A stretch of 64,000 bases of DNA from Psammoneis japonica (Eukaryota), in contig QPGO01000025.1 in NCBI GenBank assembly GCA_008632985.1, positions 248,001 to 312,000 on the forward strand. The letters are read 5' to 3'. Position numbers and translations under genes: made by a program. Each line of letters opens with the position of its first letter. The stretch's first letter is position 1. Shown here piece after piece: positions 34,940-47,772 of this stretch. The notes below the pieces were generated by a model. That model did not search any database. It saw only the letters and a list, made by a program, of their open reading frames with translations, and was not told the origin of the DNA.

Positions 34940-37900
34940 AAAAAACAGGTGGGGGCAAACTCACCCATGAGCGCTTCTTGCACATTCAGCGCATCATCAT
35001 TCTTCTTGGCCTTGGCAGCACAGACACAAGGGTCTTGAATGTCCAATTGTCCACTGTCACAGCAGGTCTGGATCTCAGCAAGATGAGCAAGCTGGGAAAT
35101 GTGTCCTCCAGCATCCAACAGCTTGACTGAGGCCAAGTGGACTTCATTGGCAAAACGAGTTGCAGCTTGCTTGCCTTTGTTTGATCTTTGTGAGTGACGC
35201 ACGTTCTGCTCAGTTGTGGGCAGGACTGGGACATCTGGAGCCGGGACTGAGATGTCCAATGACTCCGTGCCTGATGGAGGTGGCGGATGCACGGGAGGCA
35301 TTGAATGACCAACCTCCGACTTGCTCAGTGATGGATTGGAGTTTTGCGGTTGTTGTGAAGGTGGTTCCTGGGGTGGCACCAATGGCAAGTCATCAGAATT
35401 TGATGGTGTGGATGCAGCAGGACGTGCAAATGGCGGTGGTTTGACGACCGGAGTGACAGGTTTTGAAGATTTTGTTGCAGTGGGCTGTTGCTGACGCACA
35501 TTCCTGATGAGATGCTCATGTTCTTTGTCACCATTTCTGCTTGAGTTCTGCAGGAGTGAGCCAATCGTCTTGAAGGAACAATTGTTTGTCACTCGAATGG
35601 TGTCTGGATGACATTTCTCCAAAAGAGCTCTTCCAGGTGATCAGGTGGCTTGCTCTCCCTCTTGATCAATGCAACCATGGCAAAGAGATTGCCAAACACC
35701 ACATGATGCTGAGGAGCCATGGACTCCATGTTCAAGTTCAGGGCCAGTGGAACTTTGCCAGCGTGAACCAAACTGAGGCCAAGAAAAACACCGCGCCTTG
35801 ATCTTGGTTGGTTGCCATCATGGCAACTTCTGACCTTGCTGCAACTTGGGATCCAGGACGTAGACAGGACAGCCCCAAACATGCAAATCAAGCAAACAAT
35901 GGTGTGGGATGGTGGATCCGGCAAAGATGTTGGCAGAACAAAGACCATTTAATGCCGGAGCATTGTTGCAGATGTGGGCGGCGCAGTTGACTGCCACAGG
36001 CCACAATGAGCTGTTGACACCACCGCGCCAATGGATGGAGGCATGGAGGATCATGGCTTGTGCCACATTGGATGCAGAACAAATGGACCTCTTGATGATG
36101 CCATTCTGGTGATGGGTGTTCATTCCCCAACAGTGGATGCATTGCTGAGAGTTGTGGACATGTGCAACAAACTTGTTGGCCTTGAAAGCACCATTGTTGG
36201 CAAGGTGCTCCTGCACAATGATGCCATGACCAAGAGCCATCTGCTCACACAACCTTGTTTTGCCCACATCATCTCAACTGCAGAGAAACCAACTTGATGC
36301 TTGATGTGCATGAACCCAGAAGCATGATTGATGAAGACACAGCCACCAACGTGCTGCTGAGAGGAGGGTTTGCCACAGGAATTGCAGGTGCAACCCTTGA
36401 GATGCAACTTGAAGTGACCAATGCTCATGGACTGACCTGGATGCAAGTGACCAGCTTTGAGTGCCCCATCACATTCAGGGACAGTGGTCGTCTCAGTGGG
36501 ACAGCGGTGAGCCTTGGCACACTTGCAGGTGTCGCATTTGGGGATGTCACACTTGGAGGTGGACGTGAACTTAAGAGCGGTGAAAGGAGGCTGCCGGTGG
36601 AGAAGAGCTTTTGGGTGCATGGAAAGTTAACAGAGCATGGATGTCCACCAGTGACTTCTGTCTGGAAGACAGATTGAGGTTGTCAGGGTCAGCGACAGCA
36701 CTCAAATTGACTTGGGGAGTGCACACAGCACCATGAGATGTGGGGCCAACTGGCAAGTTTGTGCGTTTGTTGCATGCAATGTGGATCTTGGGTGTGCCAT
36801 AAAAACACAACTTGAAAACCTCGCTGTTGCCCCAAAAGTGTTCTCCAATGCTCGCAGGTTGAAAGAGACATTGTGGAGACAGCAAATGCACATCAGCCCA
36901 AGGCACGTAACAGCAACTAGTCTGGATGCTAACGTTGCCACCATCCGCCACCTGAAAGCACCAGAAGACAGCACCAATGCCTTCAACAGGCAACCCGTTG
37001 GCCATTCCACCAAGCTTGAGAGGCTTGGGCAGTGCTTGAATGTCCCCACTGAAGTCGTCTTTGTCCAGAGACAGCAAGCAAGGCACCAGCAACAAAGATG
37101 GCCTGAAGAGATGGCTGCCCAATGGACATGAGGACGGCATGGTCCCAAGCCAGTTGCAGCAGTTGGGTGGCTCCTGTGGGAGCGTAGATGACAGCTGCAG
37201 TGGGTTGTGCAACAGGGGAAGGTGAGGCACTGGCACCTGCTGAGGCTTGAGCAACAACTTCCATGACAGCAGGTTGGAACTTGGTGCAGTTGACCATGTG
37301 TTGGTCTTGACACAACTTGGAGACACCAAAGATGTCGGGACTGGAGAAGTCCGACTCACAAAAGGTGTCAGCATCAAAGAAGGACTCATGACAGATGGGA
37401 AACTCTTCACAGATGTCAAAGCAGTCATTGAGCTCACTGGCCTCAATCAACTCGTGAAGCTCAAAAGGCAAGGTTGCCATGTCGTGCGTGGCTCCCTCTG
37501 GTTCCAGCACCTCATGCTTGATCTTCAAATGATGATGCTGCAGCAGGGTGCCAGGTGTCAAGACGACTTGATCATCAAGAGCCTGAACAACCTCATGGGT
37601 CTGAGAGCATGGGTGCTGCAAGGGAATGCTCAGATGGGGTGGGGCTCATCCAAGACAGATGGAGAGCCACAGTGCAATTGCACATGAGATGATGCCCCAC
37701 CAACATGGGCAGCTGAATGGAGCAGGCTCTTGCATTTGAGATTTGTTTGGAGGAATGCAATGCACATGGCCGGACCAAGAGCACTGCAGTCCTTGTCCTT
37801 GGCAACCAGCGCTGGGTCACTCAAGCAACATTTGTGCTCCATGGCCGTCACATTGTCTAACTTTGCATGGATTGCTCGATTGAAGGCCTCACCAGAGGCA

Positions 37901-38830
37901 TTTGAACACTTCCGAAGGAGATCGGACCCAAGCTGGACCGGAAGAGCATGTCCAGTCTGCAGGATCTTGAGAAGATGGAGTGCCTTGGCAGAAAACTCGG
38001 CAACATCTTCGCCTGGGCAGGAGTCGCAAGTCAAGCATCAAAGCTTTGAAATCCTCAGAAGCTTGAGAAACATCATGAACCACAGATGCGCCACAAGTCT
38101 TGAGTGCCATCATGAAAACAACTTGGCCAGGAAAGTGTTTGAACAGGTCCTGGTGACCGAACTGTGTTTCAATTTTCTCGCGGAATTTGTGGGAGATGCA
38201 AGACTCAACAACAAGGCAAGTGAGATTGATGTCATCATGCTCACGTTAATCACACACTGCATCATTGCCAGCAATGGTTGACCGGCACATGTGCTTGGTG
38301 ATGACTTCCTCAATGGCGAAGCTGTGAAGGTGAATGAACAGATTCACGACCTTGTTGTTGAGCTTCATGATGAAGAAATTTTCCATGCCATGCTCATGAA
38401 CTGTCATTTTGATCAATTGAATGAAATGTTCCTTGTCCAGTTCATTTGCCTTTCCATCAGCAAGTTCCAGATTGCTGTCAAACTTGATCATGTTGGTTCC
38501 GTCATGAGCATCTCGGAGATTGTGCTCGACATGCAGTGGGATCTTCTCATTGCAAGATTGGTTGGCAAAGCAACAGGTGCACTTGAGTTTTGGCTTGCAG
38601 CTGTCATCCAGCGGGGATCTGCCCATGTGGCATCCACATTCAAGATGAACTCCACCGCAAAGTGGTGGTGGCTGAGATTGTGAACCTGAGGTTGCCATCA
38701 CCTGATTCTTTTGAGCTGCAGGAGGAGGCAGAGGCAGATTCGTGCCCGTCCGTGGAGTCTTGGGTGGAGGGGTGTTGGCATTTGTCATGGTGGAGACAAC
38801 TTGATGCAGCTGTGGCACCAAATGCACAAA
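34940..38830 (-). mobile_element. Degenerate Ty1/Copia (CoDi-type) gag-protease-integrase, truncated at the start of RT
   Basis: LKLGGMANGLPVEGIG, CDTCKCAKAHR, HQNGIIKRSI, LWPVAVNCAAH, LHVWGCPVYVLD, RGVFLGLS, DALNVQEALMG. Confidence 0.85.
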
Positions 38831-39649
38831 GTCAACTCAATGATGGATCAATGGAACGTTCTTGAGTCGAAAAACTTGCAGAGCCATGCCAAGCAACCAT
38901 GACAGTCAATGGCGCAATGGGAGCAACCCGCGATGTCACTTGAGGAGCTGTTCTTGAGGAACAGGGGACTCAGAGAGTCAAAGGAACTTGATCTGGGTTT
39001 GCTTTGAAATGCACAGACTTTGTCGTTTCAAATTTGGAACTCATTGGAGATTGCAGGTTGATTCCTTGAGGCAAAATGGCTGCCAGCTTGTCAGTGAACA
39101 ACGGCAGCTAGCAGCAATGCAGGGAGTGTCTGATGTTGACTGGAGGCGTCGCTCAGACGTCAAACAACATGACCATTTGGCAGAAACGAGTCAACGTTGA
39201 TGGCAGATGGAAGCTTCAATGACCCAATCGACAGTGCTTTCCCGGTGGCAGAACAAATGCAACATGACATTGGGACTCGCAACCACTGAAGACACAACAA
39301 AGCAGTTGGTGTTAGCAAGAGCAAGAGCTCAAGGTTGCGACAGAGCAGCAGAAGTTGTTGTTGTCAAAGTTCTCCATGGAGAAATCATGAGCAGAAACTG
39401 AAGAGTGATCTCAACGATCAGATTTGTGAGTGGAGAAGAGATTTGAATCTCAATGATGCAAGCGACACATGGAAATGTCTGAAATGACATTGACAAATGA
39501 CTTTGACATTTTGACTGCCAAGATCTACATGCGCAAGATTGCGCATGCAGAGCTCAGCATGAAATTTCATGCATGTAAAATTCATTGGTGTCTGAGCATT
39601 TGCTTCATCCCGAATGCTGGGGAGTGGGGGGAAACCACCTCTCCAAGAG

Positions 39650-40777
39650 AGTGGCGTGCACACATGAAGATTTCACGTGGCGGCACGGGGGGTGGGACAG
39701 ATGCGGAGCAAGGGTGGAACTGCCTGAGTCACACAGCTTTCCATCCACTCCTTCCTTTCTTTGATCTCTCATGCCAAAGCTTTGATGCCTGCTGGCATCA
39801 TCACCCCGACTCTGCTTGGGACTCTTTTGTTCAAGAAGAAGGCTTTGCTCAAGGTTGCCCCCTTGGTCCTGTCTTTGCAAGCCTTGTCCTCTTGCTTGTC
39901 CTTTGTCCAATTAACCAAGAACTCCATGAACACATCCCTGGCTGCTCCCCTGCCTCCGTTGGCTCCTGCGTTGATGACGCTCATGCCTTTCTTCTTTTTC
40001 ACTCCACTCTCCCATGGTTCCTTGAACATTTCTCCACTCTTGGTGCTCCCTGAAGCATTGCTCTCAACCTCCATAAAACTGAAGTTCTCACCTCCATCAC
40101 TGGCATTGGCTCCATTCCCACCCTTCTTCCCTCCTGGGCCAACCCTCTCTGTGCCACTCTCTCCTGCCTCAATCCTTCAAATCATGACCTTCCTGCAGCC
40201 CCGAGATCACCTCCAGTGTTCACTTCCTTGGCCAGCCCCTTGGCTTGCAAGACTTTGCCAATTCTTTCCTCTCTGCCACCTCTTGCACTCTCTCCCACAA
40301 AGTCGGCATGCTCCTCACCCGCCTCCATGACAAGCAAACTTGGGGTCAATTCTTCAAACACTGCTTCACTCCTTCCTCTGCCCACCTTCTTGGCGCTGAT
40401 TGTTGTCACAACTTTGATCCCAACAACCCTCCCAACCCCTTCCTTTGGACCTCCTCCTTTCAACACTCCCTTCTCACTGCCATTCATTGATTTCTCCCCT
40501 GTGCTGCCTCCCGTGCTGCTCCTCTTCCCAATCATTCTCTAGCCATTGCCTTCCTTCCTGTGTTGCTTGGCAGCTTTGGCCTCTGGGATCCAACTGCTGC
40601 CACTGTTCCATCATTCATGGTGTCTCAGTGTCTGTTCTCTGCTCATTCCGCTTTGCATCTCATGGTGTCCAACTGCCATCAGGTGTCACTGTTGCCCTTC
40701 TTTTGGCTTTCTTTGTCCTCTTGGCACAACCCCCGCTCGACTCTGTGGCACTGCATGATTTTCCATCATTGTGTTCC
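39650..40777 (+). mobile_element. CRE-like non-LTR retrotransposon, RT part (5' of the Copia insertion)
   Basis: QEEGFAQGCPLGPVFASLVL and GSCVDDAH (mutated YVDD); pyrimidine-rich sense strand. Confidence 0.75.
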
Positions 40778-40965
40778 TGTCAGAATGCTGATGGCAAGAG
40801 TGACAAGCTAAAGAGCTCCCTGCAAACTAGCAACAGTGGACAACACATGTGCCAGTGAGAAAGAGTGAGAGAAGATCTCAGAGAGATCATCTCGTCCATC
40901 TAAAAAGAGTCTGACAGTCATCCACGCACAGTCTGACCATGCATCCTGCACAGGGTGAGCTGACA
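40778..40965 (-). repeat. 3' LTR, with polypurine tract AGGGGAGGC (40966-40974, minus strand)
   Basis: Direct repeat of 45944-46135; TG...CA ends. Confidence 0.92.
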
Positions 40966-43900
40966 GCCTCCCCTGATCTAACATGTCTTGAATCCATGCA
41001 ATGTAAATCAAGAAACACAAAGAAAGGGAAGACAGTCTCAAAAAGAAGCAGGAACACAGAGCAAACTGGATGACTTGAGAAGGGAGTCAGACATTGCAAA
41101 AAAAATGGGGCAATTCAACAGATGCCAGCAACAAAGTGTCCCATCATCCGATGGGCATGGCGGGCATGGAGTGTTGACCCAAGAGCCTTGGCAAGGTTGT
41201 TGCTTGGGTTGATGATGCCAGGGACATGTCATGTGACAACATGACCAGCCTCCTTCCAGTCTTGCATCAAAGAATCCGAAGCAGGAAAAGGAGGCAGGGA
41301 TGAGTCCGCTTCAAGCTGTTCAAAAGGACAAGATGGCAAAATGTTGTCCTTGGAGGGCTTGCAACAGTTGATGTCCCAGTGTTTTGTGTGCCAAAGATGC
41401 TTGGCAACACCTTTCAAGGCTTGGCAATGAATGGGTGCCAGGTGCGATGCAAACTTTGAAAGGTCAAGGCGACAAATGACACAGGCATGTGACAGCTCAC
41501 TGAGGAGATTCCGACATCCAAAACCTTGGGCTTCCACCAGTTCAGCAAACTCAGGTGTGCCTTCCTCAGGACCAATGTCTGAGTGCAATTTGGAAATGGA
41601 GTCAACAGGAACAGGAGCAACCACAAAATCCAAATCAGATTCATCTGCAGCTGGGTGCAACCATCCATGGGAATGCAGCACACATTCAATGCATCCGTGG
41701 CAGGCGATTGACACTGAATCATTGCGTTGGTGTACATCCACACCACTGAGCTCCACACAAAGGCCCAAACATTTGAAAGGAACAGAGTCCTCACCAGGGA
41801 GTTGCAGGGCTTTTATCAAAAATCTTGACGGCACATGGCTCCAATGGGCAGGCAATTGCAAAATTGTCAACTTGGCACAACAGAAGGACCTGTTTTCCAT
41901 CACACGTGCCAGAGCAGATGTGCTGGTTGTGAGCAGTGCTCCAAAACAGCAATTTAGGATCTGTTGGGATGGAATTGACATGATCAGAGCAACACCAAAA
42001 CGATCCAAATGCCATGCAGTGCAGGCATCATCAATCTGAACATGTGCCAGAGCAGATGGAGGCGGGAAGTGAGCACAAGCATCCTGAGCATCGCCAGAAC
42101 ATGCCAGATGGCCCATGGCAGCCAAAAGAGCAAAAAAAGGCATTGGATGGGTTGTTCCACACATGACAAATGGATGGACTGCAAACAGTGCAACGCAGGG
42201 GTCGCTCAAAGGGATCCATCACAGCAGCAGCAGGGCCAGCATGTGCCATCTGTCTTGACATTGCATTGCCAGTGGGGGTGCAGTACAATGGCACCTTGTG
42301 GGTGGGGTGTTGGAGTGCCAAACATGCCAAGCAAATTGAAATGGTTGAGTTGTTTGAATTCACCTTCGCACCACAGGGGCCAAGTCGGAAGCTTTTGAAG
42401 ATGCCGGCAAGTGCATCCATCTAAAGCCTGTTCTTCAGGGGTGACAGTGTGAGAAGAAACAGCAAAGAGGTTGAAAGCACCCGCATCATGGTCAATCGAC
42501 AGTGCAAGAGGAGCATCCATGTCATCAATCACCAAAAAATCTATGTCAGGGAAACGCAATGCAGCAATCGAGTGTGCGTTCGCTGAGGTGAGCTCAGGGA
42601 CATGTTCTTCATCCTCTGTCAATGTCAAAAAGATCATGCTCCGCAAGGTCCTGAAACATGTTCCCGATTGAACAGTGCATCAGTGGTCACCTCCATGCCA
42701 AACATCTCATCAGACAGAGATTGTTTTGGGCAACATGTCAGAGAATTGGCAAACAGGTTGGCATGGCAAAAAATGGAACTGATTGACCTTGGACTCTTGA
42801 GTCTCTGCAGGGAGGGTTCACCATTCTGTGTGCATTGTAGATGAATTACATTCAGAGGTGTCTGGTCCTGGGGCAGATCATTCATGCCTTCATCGTGCTG
42901 CACATGCGCATCTGTCTTGACTCAAGAGGCAGCTGGATCGTGCCACGTGATGTTGTGCTTCGTGTCTGAGTTTGCATCCAAGGAAGATGCCTGGAACCAA
43001 GTTGCCGCGCACAGTGGCAGGGCAGCAGCAATTCTTGTGGGCCCAAACACGACAACCAAACACCCGGAATGAAGAGAAGTTTTCCCTTTTACCAGTGGCA
43101 AGGGTGACAGGAGCAACATCTTGATCCTTGGAGGGAACAGCATTCTTGATGCAGATGCAATGGTGGAAAGCATGTGGCCAAAATTTTGTGGGCAGGTCAG
43201 CACCAATGAGCACAGCATGGACAGCATTCTGCACCATCAAGTGACTCCTTTCAAAACAGGGCCTGCTTGGTGAGAGGCATCAGTCCCGGCAGGGCGGAGG
43301 GTGCAATGAAATTCCTGTCCAAAAAGTTGCCAGACTGCAGGGTTAGAGTGCAACTCACCATCCTGATCCATGAAGACACATTTGTCCGGACATTTTGGCA
43401 CATGATCCTTCAGAAATCGGCAAAGCCACGAGATGGGGGTGGCCTTGGATGCACGAGCAGCACCGTGGAGATGTCAGGACTCGTGATCACACACACAGCA
43501 ACCCAGCAAGTTTCGCCGTTGAGTCCAACATGATTTGCCACACATTTTTCATTCTTGGATTTGACACCGGAGAAGGCAAAATCAACAGCAAGTCCTTGGC
43601 AGGGGTGAGCAGCAGTGCAAGTTGAATTGGGGCCAGCCGGTGTCTTGGTTTGCTTTGCCTGCATGCACGTGGGGCACGCGTCCAGAGGAGAGGCACCATG
43701 GGCAAACTTGGGGACACCATCAACATGTTTGTGAGCATGACAAAGGCAGTGATCGCTGGGGGATGTCCAAGGTGTTGATGCCATGGGAGTCGCTCAGTGT
43801 CTGCCTTGAGGGCCTGCACCTGAACTTGCTTCTCAAGGCATGCATCAAGAGGAATGTCCTGGTGGCAACATGGTGTTTTCTTCATCTCCTCATCTAAAGC

Positions 43901-45931
43901 AGTCTTCTGGTTCATCTTGCACATGTCAACCACACAAGCAACAAGGGCATCACATTCCTTGGCAAAAGATGGGTCATCCACCTGGAGCTCTTGGATGGAT
44001 TCATCAAGAAGCTTGTTCAAGTCTGGGAGGATTAAAGGGTGTGCAAAGCATTTTCCATTGATCAGTCCTGACTGGAGCAGAGATGGTGTTTTGCAACAAA
44101 TTTGCAAGCAGCTCGGTGCCCGCGTCCTTGTTGGTGTCAGCAATGTCAACAGCATTGACAGCAATGTGCGGGCATTGTGTGTGTTGTCCAGATGGTGTTC
44201 TCAATTGCGGCAGCATGGGTTGCAAACTCGAGTGGACTGGTTCTCCGAGCAAGTCGGGCTGTTGGCCTGGCTCAAGAATGCACTGAGTGTCTCAACAACA
44301 TGTTGCTCAGCATGCTTGTGTGAGAGAGCTGGAGAGTCGCGCTTGTTCCCAGCAACCCCAGCAAGGAACTTGGAGCACTTTGCATTCTTGGTGAAAACAG
44401 CCATCTTGTGAGGGTCATCCAATGATGAGTCTGCATCAAAGACACAGGCACGCAGTTGCAAAAAATCCTTGAAGAGAACAAAGCAATCATTTGCCGCAAG
44501 GTTTCCTTGTTTGGAATGACAGTCCACAAGACCAGCAGCGTCTTTGCAAAATGCAGGGTGCACCTGGAACAGCATCTGTTTCAAGGCCTTGCAGCCATTG
44601 CCACAACACAATGCAACAATGCAGTGGAGGCAGCTGTTCTTGGGGAACACATCAGCATGGCACAGAAGCTTGAAGAGGGCATGCAAAGATGCCATGCAAT
44701 GGACCTGCACGTGCTGCGGGAGGTCATCCAAAGGTCCATTCCCAACAGCGAACCTCCGTTCCCCACCGTGTTGGCGCTTGAAGGTCCACAGAGGGTGCAC
44801 ATGACACCCACAATCAGTGGCATGTCAGTGAAAATTGGTGCACCACCAGCGCATGCCATGTGGGCTGTCGTCATGGCACAAAGTTGGTTCCCGGAGCAGA
44901 GTTTCGAGATCCAGATGAGTCTCCATGATGAAGAGCAATCCATTGGCAAGGATGAGGCAGTCTGCACCATCGAGATGACAAGTGTGACCAGCAGAGTGCG
45001 GTTTGAGGGAATTCTGAAGAATGACTCCTGCATCAGAGGCCTTTTGATCAAAGCAATCACACACATCCTTGGGTGGAGCATCCAGATTGAATGGATGTTT
45101 TGATGCCAAGGATGTGGTGGCAGATGCAGCTGCACCACCAGATCCTGTTTTGGGGGGTGCAACAGACATGGCACAGTTGTCATTCAGAGCATCGACCAGA
45201 TCCTCATGTCCACTGATCTGGCAGCAGTCGATGTCATGGGAGGTGGCATGGGAGCATGCGTTGGAGGGTGCACAGCATCAGAGAGATTTGCTCCAATCCT
45301 TGTGAGAATGTTGCATGACAGGGGAGAAGTCAAGGCATGTGATGCCAACACTGACAATGACATGTCATTGTCAAGCTTGAAGGGCGCCCTGAATTTTATG
45401 ACCCAACATCTGTCTTGAGAGACAGGACAATTTTGGATCATTCTGGGGAAAATCCACCTTGAGGGGAGCCTTGTTAAAAAGCAATCTGACCATTGATTCT
45501 TGAGCTGGGTCAAGAGTTTCTGGCAAGATGAGCTCCGTGAGGATGTGCTTGCAGAGCAAGTCAATGACATTTTCCGTGGATTGCGCATGGCTTGGATCAT
45601 CAAAAAATTGATCCAGATCAATGACGACACCACTGTAAAGGTTGTTGAAGAATGAAGCAACCCTGTGGTGTTGTCTCTGCATGGCAAGAACACCACGAAG
45701 ATCTCATTGATGGAGTCACAAGTCTGTTTCTTGGGGGCAGTTTTTGCCATGGTTGATGAGGTGCGCAAAAATTTTTGGTCATGCACACGTAGAAACCTGG
45801 CGCACTTCTGTGGAGACCGTGTGCTGATGAGAAAGTTGGACTCAGGATCAAAAATGGCAGCCAACTTGTTCAGCTCACAGACCAAACAAATCGAAACAGG
45901 GTTTTTGTTGCAGAGGAACACATGACCCAAC

Positions 45932-45943
45932 AAGGCCATAACC
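45932..45943 (-). promoter_or_regulatory. Primer binding site GGTTATGGCC (copia-type, half initiator tRNA-Met)
   Basis: Immediately inside the 5' LTR; resembles the Drosophila copia PBS GGTTATGGGCCC. Confidence 0.75.
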
Positions 45944-46135
45944 TGTCAGAACACCGATGGCAAGAGTGACAAGCTAAAGAGCTCCCTGCAAACCAGCAAC
46001 AGTGGACAACACATGTGCCAGTGAGAAAGAGTGAGAGAAGATCTCAGAGAGATCATCCATCTCGTCCATCTAAAAAGAGTCTGACTGTCATCCGCACACA
46101 GTCTGACCATGCATCCTGCACAGGGCGAGCTGACA
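45944..46135 (-). repeat. 5' LTR
   Basis: Direct repeat of 40778-40965. Confidence 0.92.
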
Positions 46136-46140
46136 GTTCC

Positions 46141-47395
46141 TGCACTTGCCTCCGCTGCTGCTCTTTCTGCCTCCTCCCTGGCCACTCCAGTCAAGTCAGC
46201 CACTCTTCCTGGCCTGATCCACCATCTCTGCCATGAGCATCAGCAGCAGCTTGTTGCATCCACCCTTGCTGATGCTCCCTCTGATGCACAAGTTTCCCTG
46301 CCCTTGCTGCTGTCTCCACTTGCTGGCCTCCCTCTTCATTCCTTCTCCTGATGTTTCTGGAGCTCCTGCCTTGCTTCCGATGCCTGCATCATTGCCACTC
46401 AACATGAGCTCCATCTTCCCATTTTTCCTGCCTCTCTTGTCAACATGCCCTGTTCCTGCGGCCTCGCCACCCCCGATGCCCGTGGCGATCACACCTTCTC
46501 TTGCTGCCATGCTCACAAATCCAAGCTGTCCAATGGCCTCCATGACACCCCCTCTTCATTGCAGCCCAAACCTTGGGACCCCTTGCCTGGCTCTGTCATT
46601 CTTCCAATGATGTTCACCTTGAGCCTGCAAACATGCTTCCTGCCCGTCCAGCCAATGTTGGCATTTCCATTCCTCCTCCTGCCTCCCTCTCTGCTCCTTC
46701 CTGCCAACACTGCATTGCAGCTTTGATGTCACTGCACCCCAAGCTCCCTCTTGCCCTCCTCCTGGTTTGCCTGCCCCTCTTCCCCTGTTTCAACTGAGGC
46801 ACACCATGTGAGTGTGAGACTGAAGTTTCTTGGCCCTTGCAGTTCCTCTGCTGATGGATCCCCAGTTGTTGCTTCACTCAACAACAATGGCATGTTCCTT
46901 CTCCCTTTTGCTGTCAACCACCTTGGTGGCCTTGGATTCTTTGCTCACTGCTTTCTTTTTGGCTCCACATTTTCCTCCATCTGCTCTCTCAACTCAAACC
47001 TCCCTGGTCCTCCTCTTCCAATCTTTGCCACTCTGATGCTTCCTGCTCTGCCTTTCTCTGTGCCCTGTCCTCTCCGTCTGCTCTCCTCCCATCAGCTGAC
47101 TTTGCGTGGTGCCGCCTGTCCTCTGATTGCTTTGGCAGCACTCATCACACTGCCTCTCCTTCCCAATGGGCCATTCAAGCTCTCAGCTGCAACATTGTTC
47201 TTCACCTCTCCATGCACGCCCTCCCATTCGCTTCCTCTCTCCCCACCCCTTCACCCCCCATTCCGTCAGCCAAACACCCTGCATCCAGTGTTTTCCATCC
47301 ACTCTGCTCCACCATCACTGCAGCTGCCTCTGTGCTTTCCTCTGCTGTTCCCTTCTGCTCTGCACAGGCTCTTTAACTCTGCATTTTAAAAAAGG
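46141..47395 (+). mobile_element. CRE-like non-LTR retrotransposon, 3' part (Zn knuckle, restriction-like endonuclease)
   Basis: PCSCGLATPDARGDHTFSCCHAHKSKLSNGLHD and RPANVGI (RPAD-like); same strand bias as 39650-40777; short A-run at about 47387. Confidence 0.7.
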
Positions 47396-47772
47396 GATGG
47401 GTTTCGGACTGGGGTTGGAGAGTTGGGGTTGCAGTTTGGCGGAGTGTCGGGTCAGTTGGTCAGAGAGTGATTTGGCAATTGCAAGGCTCAGGCTTTGAAG
47501 GCCCCATTGTGATGGAGCAGAAGTGTGGTGGGTCAGGCCAAAGTGTGTGGTGGATGTGTTCTGCCAAGCGGCAGCAGCAGCAGGGAGAGAGATGCTGGGT
47601 CTGGAGTGTAGCATGTAAGCCATCCTCACGCGTTGGACATGGTTGTTTTCTTGTGACCCGCCTTTTTTCCTGCGCGCGATCGATGAACACCGACCCTCTG
47701 CTGACGCACTATTATATGCTCCTTCACGTACGTAGAAATCTACACGCTCTCGTCGTTGCATTATCCGTCATA

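Larger units (their letters stand above)
40778..46135 (-). mobile_element. Degenerate Copia LTR retrotransposon with both LTRs and 5-bp TSD GTTCC
   Basis: LTRs 40778-40965 and 45944-46135 (TGTCAG...CTGACA); GTTCC at 40773-40777 and 46136-46140; integrase (CPTCMQAK, FWPHAFHH) and RT (CQVDNFAI) remnants on the minus strand. Confidence 0.93.

Noticed and set aside
39270..39460. PBS and 5' LTR for the Copia relic at 34.9-38.8 kb
   Set aside because: A TGG-starting PBS-like stretch exists on the minus strand, but no second LTR copy was found to confirm it.
26830..47600. Many overlapping Cys/His-rich ORFs as novel metal-binding proteins
   Set aside because: They are a by-product of TpA loss: TAA/TAG stops are removed and Tyr becomes Cys/His in TE relics.
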